Assembly (NCBI GenBank): GCA_049514435.1 | Contig: JBEKVB010000003.1 | Coordinates: 72,131-136,130, forward strand | Direction of reading: 5' to 3' | From: Smithellaceae bacterium | GTDB lineage: Bacteria > Desulfobacterota > Syntrophia > Syntrophales > Smithellaceae | Length of the DNA: 64,000 nucleotides | Shown: in pieces, positions 10,169 through 20,402 of the stretch | Layout: the number at the start of each line of letters is the position of its first letter | Position numbering within the stretch: the stretch's first letter is position 1 | Notes under the pieces: generated by a model | Told to the model about the DNA's origin: nothing | Seen by the model: only the letters and a program-made list of their open reading frames with translations | The model's database searches: none | Translations under genes and position numbers: made by a program

Positions 10169-11370
10169 ATTTCTGTATTTATACTTCTGAACAGGAAGAA
10201 AACATCTGCACAAGAAAGAAAGCAAAAACATGGCACCGCGCCGGCCTGATTTCCGAAGAACAACTTCGCCTTATGGAGACCGAAATCGAACCCTATGTTA
10301 ACCAGACTAACTTATTCTTTCGCCTGATCTTCTTCTTATTCACATTGCTTTGCGCAACAGCCGTGACCGCTTTTCTCATCTGGCTCATGAAGGAGCCGAG
10401 TGATACAGCGGCAATGTCAATATTGATTTTATTTAGCATCCCTTTTTATGTACTTGCAGAATATGTAATAAAAAAATATCATTTTTATAGGTACGGTATT
10501 GAAGAAGCGCTTGCTATCATTAGCATTGTTTCTTTATGTGTTGGCTGCGGAATCCTTTTGGACAAATATCACCTGGATCATCAATTGGAAGCTATTGCTA
10601 TATCCCTGCTCTTTGCTGTTATCTCTTTTTGGATATATCTGCGCTTCGGTTTTTTGTACTCAGCCTTAATCAGCATTACAGCCCTTTGCGTAATTCCCTT
10701 CCAATTATCACTGCCGCCAACCGAAGAAAGAGCTTTTCTGCTATTTATTTTGTGCCTGATTCTCCTCATAAATATACTCATTGATAAATCAGATAATGAA
10801 GATTTCCGGAAAGAAAGGAACATCCTGATTCAGGCATGTCTTTTGGCGGCTATCTATCTGGCAGTGAACCTGCGGCTACTCGAATTGGCAAGATTATATT
10901 TTGACCATCTCAGCATGATCCTTCAACCCTATGCCGGCTTTCCTCCTTACATTTATTGGTCGTCCTATATACTTACTTTTCTGATTCCCGCTTTGGGGAT
11001 CTACTGGGGAATCAAAGGCCGCAAACGGCTGATCATGAACGTAGGTCTTGTTCTTGCCTGTCTGACGCTCGCTACAAACAAAAGCTATCTGAGCTGGACC
11101 CGCTACGCCTGGGATCCGGCATTTATGGGAATAATACTGATTATCATATCCATTATCATTTCGCGCTGGCTTTCGCGAGGACCAAATAAAACAAGATATG
11201 GTTTCACGACAGAAAACTTACTGAAACCAGAAAACTATGGAATCAACCTGGCAGATATAGGCACAGCCCTTACGCCCGCTTTTGTCGATTCTCAGCAACC
11301 CCCGACACAAACAGAAAAATTCTTCGATGCCGGCAAATCCGGCGGCGGCGGCGCTTCCCGAGACTTCTAA
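10165..11370 (+). CDS. polytopic membrane protein with Gly-rich C-terminus, unknown function
   Basis: 401-aa ORF translationally coupled to the previous gene. Many TM helices. C-terminal GKSGGGGASRDF tail. Confidence 0.6.
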   Translation: MNFCIYTSEQEENICTRKKAKTWHRAGLISEEQLRLMETEIEPYVNQTNLFFRLIFFLFTLLCATAVTAFLIWLMKEPSDTAAMSILILFSIPFYVLAEYVIKKYHFYRYGIEEALAIISIVSLCVGCGILLDKYHLDHQLEAIAISLLFAVISFWIYLRFGFLYSALISITALCVIPFQLSLPPTEERAFLLFILCLILLINILIDKSDNEDFRKERNILIQACLLAAIYLAVNLRLLELARLYFDHLSMILQPYAGFPPYIYWSSYILTFLIPALGIYWGIKGRKRLIMNVGLVLACLTLATNKSYLSWTRYAWDPAFMGIILIIISIIISRWLSRGPNKTRYGFTTENLLKPENYGINLADIGTALTPAFVDSQQPPTQTEKFFDAGKSGGGGASRDF

Positions 11371-11451
11371 TATATATATGAATATCGTGGGCTTTCTTTT
11401 CAACTTTATTTTTTAGAATTTGTTGAATACAAAAACCATTGGAGGATTAAA

Positions 11452-12501
11452 ATGACAGACGGCATCGTAAATAAATTATCCATCATGGATCGCTTTTTAA
11501 CTTTATGGATTTTTATAGCCATTGGTATTGGCATCGCGCTGGGGTATTTTCTTCCCGCGGCGGCAAATTTCATTACCGGCCTGCAAGTCGGAACAACTTC
11601 GATTCCCATTGCCGTAGGACTGATTCTCATGATGTATCCGCCCCTGGCACGGGTCAAGTATGAAGAGATGGGCAGGGTTTTTCAAAACAAAAATCTTCTG
11701 ACGATATCACTTCTGCAAAACTGGGTAATCGGCCCGCTGGTCATGTTTGTGCTGGCGGTAATTTTCCTGCATAACTATCCTGAATACATGATCGGCGTTA
11801 TACTGGTTGGTTTGGCGCGGTGCATTGCCATGGTTATCGTCTGGAATGAGCTTGCTTGCGGCGACCGGGAACTGGCCGTCGGCCTCGTGGCTTTTAACGC
11901 CATCGCGCAAGTGCTTTTTTACGCCTTCTATATTTATTTCTTTATCACCGTAATACTCAACTGGCTGGGACTCGCTCAGTCCGTCAATATCAACGTCTCC
12001 ATGGCCGAATCGGCAAAAACAGTTTTTATCTATCTCGGTATTCCATTTCTCGCAGGCTTGATTACCCGCTATTCAATTATCTGGTGGCGAGGTGAAGATT
12101 GGTTCAATAATGTTTTTATGCCCAAGCTCTCGCCGCTGACGCTTATCGCATTACTCTTTACCATCGTCGTAATGTTTTCTACGCAGGGCAATAAAATTAT
12201 TGAATCGCCTCTGGACGTGTTCCTTGTGGCAATTCCGCTGACCATCTATTTCGTTATCATGTGGTTTGTTACGTTTTTTATCATCAGAAAAATAAGCGGC
12301 AATTACGCCCAAACATGCGCTGTATCCTTTACTGCGGGGAGTAACGATTTTGAGCTGGCAATTGCTGTTGCTATTGCTATTTGGGGTATTGGTTCCGGTC
12401 AGGCATTTGCCGCCGTCATCGGCCCACTCATCGAAGTGCCGGTGCTTATTATTCTGGTGAACGTCGCCTTGAAATTTAAAAATAAGTTTTTTTCTGCTTA
12501 G
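11452..12501 (+). CDS. acr3: ACR3-family arsenite efflux transporter
   Basis: Typical ACR3 N-terminus [10 protein letters not shown]. Conserved LARCIAMV motif with the essential Cys. About 10 TM helices, about 350 aa. Confidence 0.9.
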   Translation: MTDGIVNKLSIMDRFLTLWIFIAIGIGIALGYFLPAAANFITGLQVGTTSIPIAVGLILMMYPPLARVKYEEMGRVFQNKNLLTISLLQNWVIGPLVMFVLAVIFLHNYPEYMIGVILVGLARCIAMVIVWNELACGDRELAVGLVAFNAIAQVLFYAFYIYFFITVILNWLGLAQSVNINVSMAESAKTVFIYLGIPFLAGLITRYSIIWWRGEDWFNNVFMPKLSPLTLIALLFTIVVMFSTQGNKIIESPLDVFLVAIPLTIYFVIMWFVTFFIIRKISGNYAQTCAVSFTAGSNDFELAIAVAIAIWGIGSGQAFAAVIGPLIEVPVLIILVNVALKFKNKFFSA

Positions 12502-12608
12502 AACGGATAAAATAAAAATCGCCTAACCAAAAAAGGCCAAAGGCAGACTCGACCCCCTTCGCTTATCTGCTCTCGTGGAAAGACAACTCTATAAAATCCC
12601 AAAACTTT

Positions 12609-13268
12609 TTATTCCGGATATCCTACTGCCTGAACCAGAACAATTTTCTGTCTGTCGCGCAACTTCATGTTCTTGGAAAGGGCGTCCCTATCGACCAATC
12701 CGCGAACCCCTGTAACCAGTCCTTCGGAAGAGCAATACAAATAAACGTTCTGGGCAATGAAACCGGTATCCGCAGCCGAATAGAATTTTTTCTCCTCATC
12801 GTTCGTGTAAACGCTCATCTTCGAATAGTCCGCCACATAGATCAATTGCAGCGGCGCGCCTTCTACCGAGCTTCTTGATGGTTGGGGGAACGTGGTCGTG
12901 TTCTTGCGCAGATCGTTTTTCAATACAGGTTCGAGCACATGAGCTTTTGCGTTATAAAAATAAAGGCCTTCTTCCATGGCGACATAGACATCTATTTCCT
13001 GCCGGTTACTGGCGGACGGTGCAGTGCGTTTGCCGCTATCCGGCCGGTTGATACCACAGGCCGACCAGAGAAGATTGGAAAGCACTTCTATCGGCAGTTT
13101 TTTTGTATTGAACGACCGGGATGTTTTTCTCTCCTGCAACGATTGCATCAGAGATTTCCCGCCTTTCATATCGGGCGGAAAAAGTTTAATCGGACTAAGG
13201 TCGGCAGCAATTGAAGAAGAAACAAAACAAAATATAATGGCGACACTCAGCAATATTTTTTTTAACAT
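12609..13268 (-). CDS. secreted nitroreductase-fold (SagB/ThcOx-like) protein
   Basis: ORF 12609..13343. Likely start is MLKKILLSVAIIF (signal peptide). Motifs RKTSRSF and LSNLLWSACGINR. Confidence 0.72.
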   Translation of the reverse strand: MLKKILLSVAIIFCFVSSSIAADLSPIKLFPPDMKGGKSLMQSLQERKTSRSFNTKKLPIEVLSNLLWSACGINRPDSGKRTAPSASNRQEIDVYVAMEEGLYFYNAKAHVLEPVLKNDLRKNTTTFPQPSRSSVEGAPLQLIYVADYSKMSVYTNDEEKKFYSAADTGFIAQNVYLYCSSEGLVTGVRGLVDRDALSKNMKLRDRQKIVLVQAVGYPE

Positions 13269-13470
13269 AATACCCTCCAATATTTTAAAGACTTTTTTAA
13301 CAACGCTCCGATTCTTTTTATCTTCGTCATTCCTGTCCCGCATATGCGGGATAAACTCCGGCCCGCTTGTATGATACAGGGCAAATCCAGATCACCGGAA
13401 AGATAGAGATGGCGATGCTCTGCCGCTATCCGCTAAATAAATACAACCTCCAGGATTATTTTCAATGAAC

Positions 13471-13719
13471 TTAATGCCCGCAGGACGAGCAATTTGATGA
13501 GGAGCACGATGAGCAGCCGGAACTGCCGGAGGAACTGGTGCTGCCGGAACCACCAGAACTAAGCGAGGCATATTTCCCGCGTCCGAATTTGGACATCATT
13601 CTGCTGATCTTTTTGGACTTACATTTCGGACATACGGCATTTGCTTTTTCACTCATGCTCATGGTGACAACTTCAAATTGCTTTTTGCACTTTTCGCATT
13701 GATATTCATAAATCGGCAT
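13471..13719 (-). CDS. FmdB-family zinc-ribbon protein with Ser/Gly/Cys-rich tail
   Basis: MPIYEYQCEKCKKQFEV plus a second CPKC pair (CxxC_CxxC_SSSS family signature). Confidence 0.85.
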   Translation of the reverse strand: MPIYEYQCEKCKKQFEVVTMSMSEKANAVCPKCKSKKISRMMSKFGRGKYASLSSGGSGSTSSSGSSGCSSCSSSNCSSCGH

Positions 13720-13991
13720 ATTTTCATTTCTCTGACGTTTTTTGTTTTAATCTAGAGATTAATGAGGGAAATGTCAATATTCATGTGACAACATATTCTG
13801 CGACATGTTGATGAAGTATCGTCCTTTTAAAAAGAAAGCCCTCGCCAAGGCTGGAAAGATGCTTACGGGATGAAGTCATGCAGCCTAAAAAAACGAGAGA
13901 AACATGATCGTATATTTTTCATGAAAAAGAATATTAAAATGAGGTCAAACTGGATAACCTTTTTTGATCCATTCTTACAATGATAAAAAGT

Positions 13992-14034
13992 CAGGGGCTC
14001 GACCATTTATAAAACAATGGCATTCGAGCCCCTG
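13992..14034 (-). terminator. intrinsic terminator-like hairpin
   Basis: 11-bp perfect stem CAGGGGCTCGA/TCGAGCCCCTG, followed on the minus strand by a T-rich tract. Downstream of the 14131 gene. Confidence 0.55.
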
Positions 14035-14130
14035 AAATAATTACCAAATCATGTGCTTAACAGGTTTTCATATGATTGAGAATTCCTTGGTTAAGACAAA
14101 TTGAGGATTTCTCAAGTCTCTAAGTGAACG

Positions 14131-14505
14131 CTATTCTTTTGTTCCGTCGAAAGTGCCCGTTGCCTGGCCTCCTAAATCAATGGTACCCGACATTTTGTTA
14201 CCATCAACCTTGCCTTTATAAATCGTAAGTGCTCCGCGCATGGTATACTGCATTTCAACGTCTTTACCTTTAACGGTTCCCGTTACCGGTGCCTCTCCGA
14301 AGTAGCCTTTATAGGTTCCCGTCAATTTTTTGCCGGCTTGCTTCAATGTGAAGACAGGAGTGCCTGAACCCTGTGGAGTCGTAACTGACATATTTCACTT
14401 ACCGGTTAAATTCACTTTGCTTTTCGCAGCCGCTTGAATAAATGTCGCTGAAGCTAACAAACCCAGAACAACTAAACACATAACTACTAGATTAAATTTT
14501 TTCAT
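14131..14505 (-). pseudogene. small secreted beta-rich protein interrupted by an in-frame TGA (14395-14397)
   Basis: ATG at 14505 encodes the signal peptide MKKFNLVVMCLVVLGLLASATFIQAAA. It is in frame with ORF 14131..14391, separated only by one TGA. Confidence 0.55.
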
Positions 14506-14734
14506 AACCCCTCCTTTTAATGATATGCTTTTCACTTACTTTGTGCAAACTATAACCTTTTTGCGTTTTATGTGACTATTATAACTTTATCCTGCTGACA
14601 AGATAGAAATACAAATAGAACCAGCCGAAATATTCGCCTTGAACCTCGGCCAAAGATGTCCATTGACCCCCTGCCAGCAAAAAGGGTATAAAAGAAGCCC
14701 TGCGAAGTTGAAAGAACGGAACGAACATTTTATT

Positions 14735-16549
14735 GTGAACGAAACGAAGCCTTTATACGATCCCCCGACAGTTACAGGGATTTTCATGAACCAGGCCCGC
14801 CGCTTCGGCGACAGAACGCTGAAGCTGACAAAAATAGCCGGCAAATGGGAACCCGTCACCTGGCGGGAATCCCTGGAAGCTTTGCCGGCCGGTGTCATGG
14901 GTCTCGTCGCTTTGGGATTCAAGAAAGGGGATACTGTCGGAATCGCCAGCCGCACCCGTAAAGAATGGAGTGAAGCCGATATCGTCATTCTTACCGCGGG
15001 TGGAGTCACGATAGGCCTTTATCCCTCAGCCAGCCTTTGGGAAATGACCCATGTTGTCGCTCACAGCGGCCCTCAGATCTGCTTCGTGGAAGACGACACA
15101 CTTCTGGACAAGCTCCTTACCGTCCAGGCCGAGACGGGCTTACCGAAGACAATGATTCTCTTCGAAACAAACCGAAAGCTTCTTCCTCCCGGCGTGATCA
15201 CCATGGAGGACTTCAGTGTCCAAGGGCGGAGCGTTTATGAAGCCGATCCGGCGCGTTTCGAAACCGTCTGGCGGGCTGTCCAGCCTGAAGATCTGGCGAC
15301 GATTGCCTATACCTCCGGGACAACGGGACCGCCCAAAGGGGCCATGATTACTCACGCCAATCTTTACCATACGGCCATCAATGCCACGAAAATGCACCAT
15401 TACGAAGAAAGCGACTTCGGCATTGCCTTTCTTCCCCTGACCCATATGCTGCAGAGAATGACCGTCTACGCGGCCATACACCTTGGCATTGTCGGTGCTT
15501 ATGCCGAAAGTATCGACAAACTCATAGAGAATTTCCAGGAACTCCGCCCCACCATTCAGGTCAGCGTACCCCAGATCTTTGAGCGGATATACAACCGGGT
15601 CCATCAGATGCTGGCTACCGGGTCTCCCCTAAAACGCCGGATATTTCAATGGGCCATGGCCGTAGGCCACGCAGCGGCGTCCTACCGTCAAAAAAATCGA
15701 TCACTACCACCTTTTTTGGCCATGAAACATACTGTTGCCCATCGTCTGGTTTTTCAGAAAATACATGATGTCTTCGGGGGCCGGGTCAAGTATCTTTTGT
15801 GCGGCGGAGCGCCCATGCCCATGTACCTTCTGGAATTCTTCAATGCCGCGGGGCTCCTGATTCTGGAAGGTTACGGATTGACAGAAACCGTGGCCCCGGC
15901 GGCGGTGAATCGGGCGGAACGTTTCAAATTCGGCACTGTGGGACAATTGATTCCCGGAATGGAGGCAAAGTTCGCCCCCGATGGCGAACTGCTTCTCCGG
16001 GGACAGGGTCTTTTCCACGGCTACTACAAGGATCCGGAGGCAACAGCAGCGGCCATAGACGTTGAAGGCTGGTTTCATACGGGCGATATTGCCATCATGG
16101 ATGACGAGGGGTTCATCACCATTACGGATCGAAAGAAAGATCTGATCGTCACGGCTGGCGGCAAGAACATTGCCCCGCAGAACATCGAAAACCTCATCCG
16201 GACCCTGCCGCTGATCAGTCAGGTCATGGTTTACGGCGATCGCCGCAAGTATCTTACAGCTTTGATGACCTTGAATGAGCATGAACTTCGTGTTTTCGCC
16301 AAACGGGAAAATCTCGCAGACATGGAACCGGCAACCATCGCAGAGGAACAGAAGGTTCGGCAGGCCGTATCCGATCATGTGAAGAATATCAACGGCCGTC
16401 TGGCGCCATACGAACAAATCAAGCGTTTCGCCATCCTCCCGCACGATTTTACCGAAGAGGCCGGAGAACTGACGCCCACGCTCAAGCTCCGCCGCCGCGA
16501 GATCATAAAACGTTACGGCGATACAATTGAGGGCCTCTATAGCGAATGA
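14735..16549 (+). CDS. long-chain fatty-acid--CoA ligase (AMP-forming)
   Basis: AMP-binding motif YTSGTTGPPKGAM, then GYGLTET and TGDIA...DRKKDLI. The start is uncertain: ORF opens at 14639, GTG at 14735, ATG at 14786. Visibly GC-rich segment. Confidence 0.88.
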   Translation: MNETKPLYDPPTVTGIFMNQARRFGDRTLKLTKIAGKWEPVTWRESLEALPAGVMGLVALGFKKGDTVGIASRTRKEWSEADIVILTAGGVTIGLYPSASLWEMTHVVAHSGPQICFVEDDTLLDKLLTVQAETGLPKTMILFETNRKLLPPGVITMEDFSVQGRSVYEADPARFETVWRAVQPEDLATIAYTSGTTGPPKGAMITHANLYHTAINATKMHHYEESDFGIAFLPLTHMLQRMTVYAAIHLGIVGAYAESIDKLIENFQELRPTIQVSVPQIFERIYNRVHQMLATGSPLKRRIFQWAMAVGHAAASYRQKNRSLPPFLAMKHTVAHRLVFQKIHDVFGGRVKYLLCGGAPMPMYLLEFFNAAGLLILEGYGLTETVAPAAVNRAERFKFGTVGQLIPGMEAKFAPDGELLLRGQGLFHGYYKDPEATAAAIDVEGWFHTGDIAIMDDEGFITITDRKKDLIVTAGGKNIAPQNIENLIRTLPLISQVMVYGDRRKYLTALMTLNEHELRVFAKRENLADMEPATIAEEQKVRQAVSDHVKNINGRLAPYEQIKRFAILPHDFTEEAGELTPTLKLRRREIIKRYGDTIEGLYSE

Positions 16550-16858
16550 GGGATAGAACCGCTCCATAATCGGATGAGGCGGCTTTGTATATCAACGATA
16601 CGCCGATTATCTACAAAGGCAGAAGGCCAAATTTTTTTATATGGACGTTGCTATTTTCGATCTGCATTTAAATTGAACCATCCCAAATATTCTGTAATCC
16701 AGTATTTTGTAAAAGTAGGAAAACTAGGGCTGCTGATGGCTTGCGTAGTTCGCCGATTGCAATTGTCAAGAATAGATTTTCCACTAATTAAAAAATGAGC
16801 CATGCAAAGACTTGACGCGTCTGCCCCTCGTCAGAATAACGTTATGATTGATATGTTT

Positions 16859-17764
16859 TTATACAGTATCATTAAGTGTCTTTATTGATATTTCTAAAGC
16901 CATAAGCCCCTTTGAATCCAAAGGCTTTTTTATTGAAATATTAAAACCGGAAAATGTTTCTATTGTAGATTCTTCAAGCGAGGCTTTCCAAATTTTATTA
17001 AAATTTCTATCGATGGCAATAAATATTTCATTATGAATGGGATCAAAGATCATGGAGCATCTGGTAGCTAAACCCGGGTCTTTATTAATAGCTTTTTGTA
17101 GAAGCTCAAATCCTTTGTCTATACTGAAATTATCAACATTGTCTCTGAGATATTCATAAGCAATTTTATACCTGTCCGCTCCCATTCCCTTTGCTTCTGT
17201 GTAATTTTTACCTTTCAAATCATAGACAGGAAAGTTAGTCATGACTATAAAATTGTTTTCAATCTTTGTAATACGATTCTTATCTGTTCCAGGCTCAATG
17301 ATCATGCCATTTCCCGAGGTATCTGCATACAGGTTATGATGGGAAGCTCCCGGAAAATTGATTAGTCTCTTATCCTTTAACAGATTTTCCACTGTTTGAA
17401 CTTTATCCAGAGGCGCAAATGATTCATAAAATATGGGAATGAAAATATCATTAACACCCGCCTGAGAAGGAACTTCAACCGGCGGCATCAGAATCTGACA
17501 TGCTCCAAAAAGACCTTTTGAATTCATCCCGCCTGTTTTTGCAAAAAAATCCATACCTGGAAGCTTGACATTAAATGCCAGATGAAAGGTTTTTATAGAG
17601 CCGTAAGTATCAATAATAAATTTTAAGGGAACAAGAAAATAATCAAAATTCATTCCATAAAGAAAATGGTTACCAAATACAGCAAAGCTAGTACATGCAT
17701 ATAAGGGACTTGCCCAAAAAACAGAACCAATACAAACAATAAGAAAAATATGTATTTTTTTCAT
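16859..17764 (-). CDS. secreted Ntn-hydrolase (choloylglycine hydrolase / linear amide C-N hydrolase family)
   Basis: Signal peptide ends at LYA|CTSFAV, giving an N-terminal nucleophile Cys. The size and YGMNFDY motif fit the family. Confidence 0.8.
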   Translation of the reverse strand: MKKIHIFLIVCIGSVFWASPLYACTSFAVFGNHFLYGMNFDYFLVPLKFIIDTYGSIKTFHLAFNVKLPGMDFFAKTGGMNSKGLFGACQILMPPVEVPSQAGVNDIFIPIFYESFAPLDKVQTVENLLKDKRLINFPGASHHNLYADTSGNGMIIEPGTDKNRITKIENNFIVMTNFPVYDLKGKNYTEAKGMGADRYKIAYEYLRDNVDNFSIDKGFELLQKAINKDPGLATRCSMIFDPIHNEIFIAIDRNFNKIWKASLEESTIETFSGFNISIKKPLDSKGLMALEISIKTLNDTV

Positions 17765-17874
17765 ATTAAAACCTCATTGCAGTATCTCCAGAATTAAATT
17801 GAAGCGCCTTGGATTATATCAAAACTTTTCACCGTAAAATGAGCCATGCAAAGATTTGACCGCGCGCTTCGCCT

Positions 17875-18276
17875 CTAGAATGTAAATCTTTTCGGCGGCT
17901 GGCCGGAAAAGTCACCAATGATTGCCGATCCATGTTCGATATAAAAAGCTTTGAATATGGGATTATTTGCCTTCTGATATATTGATTTTACCAAATCATT
18001 CCCCGCGAGAATCTTTTCTTTGATCTTCATATCCTCTGTAAACGTAATTTTGCCACGCAGCCTCACCCAGACAAAATTGCTGGTTTTGGTGGAAAATTCG
18101 ATAAAAGGTTTTGCCTGTAACTGCTTGTAAACATCCTTGGTGTTATTGGTGCAAAAATAAAATTTTCCGTTTTCTTCAAACAGAAATCCCCATGGCCGAA
18201 CTCGCGGCTCGCCATTCTCCACCGTTGCCAGAAATCCCATTGGATTTTCGGCTAATAACTTGATCACTTCTTTCAT
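17875..18276 (-). CDS. pyridoxamine 5'-phosphate oxidase-like FMN-binding protein
   Basis: 133 aa. N-terminus LAENPMGFLATVENGEPRVRPW is typical of the PNPOx-like split-barrel family. Confidence 0.75.
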   Translation of the reverse strand: MKEVIKLLAENPMGFLATVENGEPRVRPWGFLFEENGKFYFCTNNTKDVYKQLQAKPFIEFSTKTSNFVWVRLRGKITFTEDMKIKEKILAGNDLVKSIYQKANNPIFKAFYIEHGSAIIGDFSGQPPKRFTF

Positions 18277-18438
18277 AAAACACCTCTATTTTATTTTTTA
18301 AGTCCTTGCAAAGATTTAACCCCTTCGCCCCTTGCGTGGTTCGTCGATTGTAATTGACAAGAAAAAAGACCCGACACCCCATTGCCTGGTGTTAGCTTAA
18401 ATTCTCTATAGTTTCGTCCTGAATGCATTAGCCTGCCA

Positions 18439-19161
18439 TTAATGAAAGTACAACCCGCCGTTTACATCAATAGTCTGTCCTGTGACAAATCCGTTCTGAA
18501 CCAAAAACATCACCGCGGAAACGACCTCGTCTATGGTGCCAAACCTCCCCAGCGGTATCAGTTTCGGATCTATTTTAGTGTTTTTTAACATATCGGTCTC
18601 GATAAGAGCCGGCGCCACAGCATTGACCGTGATCCTTTCCCTGACCAGGACATTTGCATAATAACGTGTCAGGCCGATAATGCCCGCCTTGGAAGCGGTA
18701 TACTGCGGCGATACAAGGCCGCCGGTGTGCGCCGCCACCGATGATATATTAACGATCCTGCCCCATCTTCGTTTTCGCATGGTGGGCAGTACGGCGTTCG
18801 TCACCAGAAATACCGATTTCAGGTTCACCCTGATGATTTCGTCCCAGTCGCTTTCGGAGACTTTTTCAAATGATTGGATTTTGGCGATACCGGCATTATT
18901 AATCAGTATATCGATATCGCCGAACGTGTGCGCGGATTCGATTACCAGTCTCTCCACATCTCCTGGTTTTGATACGTCCGCCTGGATAATGCACGCCCTG
19001 CCTCCGCCGGAGTTGATCTCCTTTAAAACGCTTTCCGCTGCGGACTTGTCGGCAATATAATTAATTACGACCGATGCGCCGGACTTTGCCAGTTCGATCG
19101 CCGCTCCCTTGCCTATCCCCCTGCTGCTTCCCGTAATAAGCGCAACCTTGCCTTTAAGCAT
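18439..19161 (-). CDS. fabG: SDR oxidoreductase (3-oxoacyl-ACP reductase-like)
   Basis: TGSSRGIGKG cofactor motif, NNAG, catalytic YTASKAG. 240 aa. Confidence 0.88.
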   Translation of the reverse strand: MLKGKVALITGSSRGIGKGAAIELAKSGASVVINYIADKSAAESVLKEINSGGGRACIIQADVSKPGDVERLVIESAHTFGDIDILINNAGIAKIQSFEKVSESDWDEIIRVNLKSVFLVTNAVLPTMRKRRWGRIVNISSVAAHTGGLVSPQYTASKAGIIGLTRYYANVLVRERITVNAVAPALIETDMLKNTKIDPKLIPLGRFGTIDEVVSAVMFLVQNGFVTGQTIDVNGGLYFH

Positions 19162-19188
19162 ATAATTCCTTTTTGAAAAATATTATTC

Positions 19189-19689
19189 TCAATTCACAAT
19201 GTAGTTTTGCGACCGCAGGTACTGAATAAAGCTCTTATGGGGAGGCGCAACATCCATTTGCCATAACAACGCTATAAGTTCTCCCCGATGATGTGTTTCT
19301 TCCTGGAAAAGGTCGAGCAATATATCCTCAACGGCTACAAGGAATGTCGAGCCGTCCCTTAGCTTTCTCTCAACTTTTCTCGCCAGTTCTTTCGGCTTTA
19401 CTTTACTCAGATAGGCGTTGGCTTTGGATTCCACCTGTTCCAGATATTTCGTGATTTTCTCGATGCTGCCGTATTCATTATAGTTGACGCTCGGATAATT
19501 GGGATTGCCTTGCAATATATAATTAATAAAAACATCCACCACAAAGACAATATGCAGGAAGATATCTCTCAGGGAGGGGAAACTGGCGCCTCGATCTTTG
19601 ATAACTTCCTCCCATGGGAGCTTGCTTAAGGTTTCCAGATATTTGTGCCTTAAAAATTGACTATACTCCAACAGTTTTAAAGTCTTCAT
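19189..19689 (-). CDS. DinB-family four-helix-bundle protein
   Basis: 166 aa with His-containing helices (FLHIVFV, ETHHRGE) characteristic of the DinB/YfiT-like fold. Confidence 0.7.
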   Translation of the reverse strand: MKTLKLLEYSQFLRHKYLETLSKLPWEEVIKDRGASFPSLRDIFLHIVFVVDVFINYILQGNPNYPSVNYNEYGSIEKITKYLEQVESKANAYLSKVKPKELARKVERKLRDGSTFLVAVEDILLDLFQEETHHRGELIALLWQMDVAPPHKSFIQYLRSQNYIVN

Positions 19690-19769
19690 CGTTTCCTCCC
19701 CATTGAAGATTTAATCCCAAGTTTATTCTAAAGTTTATAATTTAAAAGCGTCCCTCTGTTGTCTGAGTT

Positions 19770-20240
19770 TCATCGCTCCTCCGTTTTCATCATTTCCGCT
19801 TGTTCCCATTTGGCAGAGGTAACTTTCCAGTCACTCGATTCTTTTTTCAGTGATACGTCGAAGTCCCAAACGCCGAGCGACTGCGGGATCACGTCAGTTA
19901 AGGAGCCGGTCTTTTCTCCACTGGTCAGGACAGTCTGAAATTCAGCCCTGGCCGATGTGTCCTCAACGGATATCGTGAGACTGTTGATATAGACCGATAT
20001 CTTCGGGTAGCGAAAGAAATAGCCGAGCAGCAGCCCTTTGATACCTTCGTAGTTGAAACCTTGAGGATCGCTGTAGGTTTTCGAAATATGGCTCATGATC
20101 TTCCTGACATCCTTGGCTTCACTCGCTGCCTGGATGTCCGTAATGATCTTTTTAACCTTAACCTGGTCGGTTTCTTTGTGACAACCGAGAACAGCAATTG
20201 CTATAATGAAAATAAGGAAAATCGTCACAACTCGTTTCAT
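19770..20240 (-). CDS. lipoprotein, unknown function
   Basis: Likely start MKRVVTIFLIFIIAIAVLGC (lipobox LGC). The mature part is NTF2/SnoaL-like in size. Confidence 0.6.
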   Translation of the reverse strand: MKRVVTIFLIFIIAIAVLGCHKETDQVKVKKIITDIQAASEAKDVRKIMSHISKTYSDPQGFNYEGIKGLLLGYFFRYPKISVYINSLTISVEDTSARAEFQTVLTSGEKTGSLTDVIPQSLGVWDFDVSLKKESSDWKVTSAKWEQAEMMKTEER

Positions 20241-20350
20241 GGCATATCCTTTCACTTACGCATGCGATACGAAAAACAGGAGAACGTCATTTCCGATTCG
20301 GTTAAGCATAAAAATATTATATTTCAAGATCTGGCCCCAGCTTTCTGACA

Positions 20351-20402
20351 GTAGACAACTATCACTAAATTCAAATTTAAAAGTTGTCTACAAGTTGTCA
20401 AC
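20351..20402. repeat. 52-bp element with three GTTGTCnAC boxes (copy 1, abuts the stop codon)
   Basis: GTAGACAAC ... AAAAGTTGTCTACAAGTTGTCAAC. Matches the 21442-21491 copy at about 37/52 positions, with identical box spacing. Confidence 0.8.

Noticed and set aside
7296-14397. A variant genetic code with TGA as a sense codon, to explain the two in-frame TGAs.
   Set aside because: Many well-supported genes in the window terminate exactly at TGA, including katG, the acyl-CoA synthetase and the AAA ATPase. The third interrupted gene is broken by TAA.
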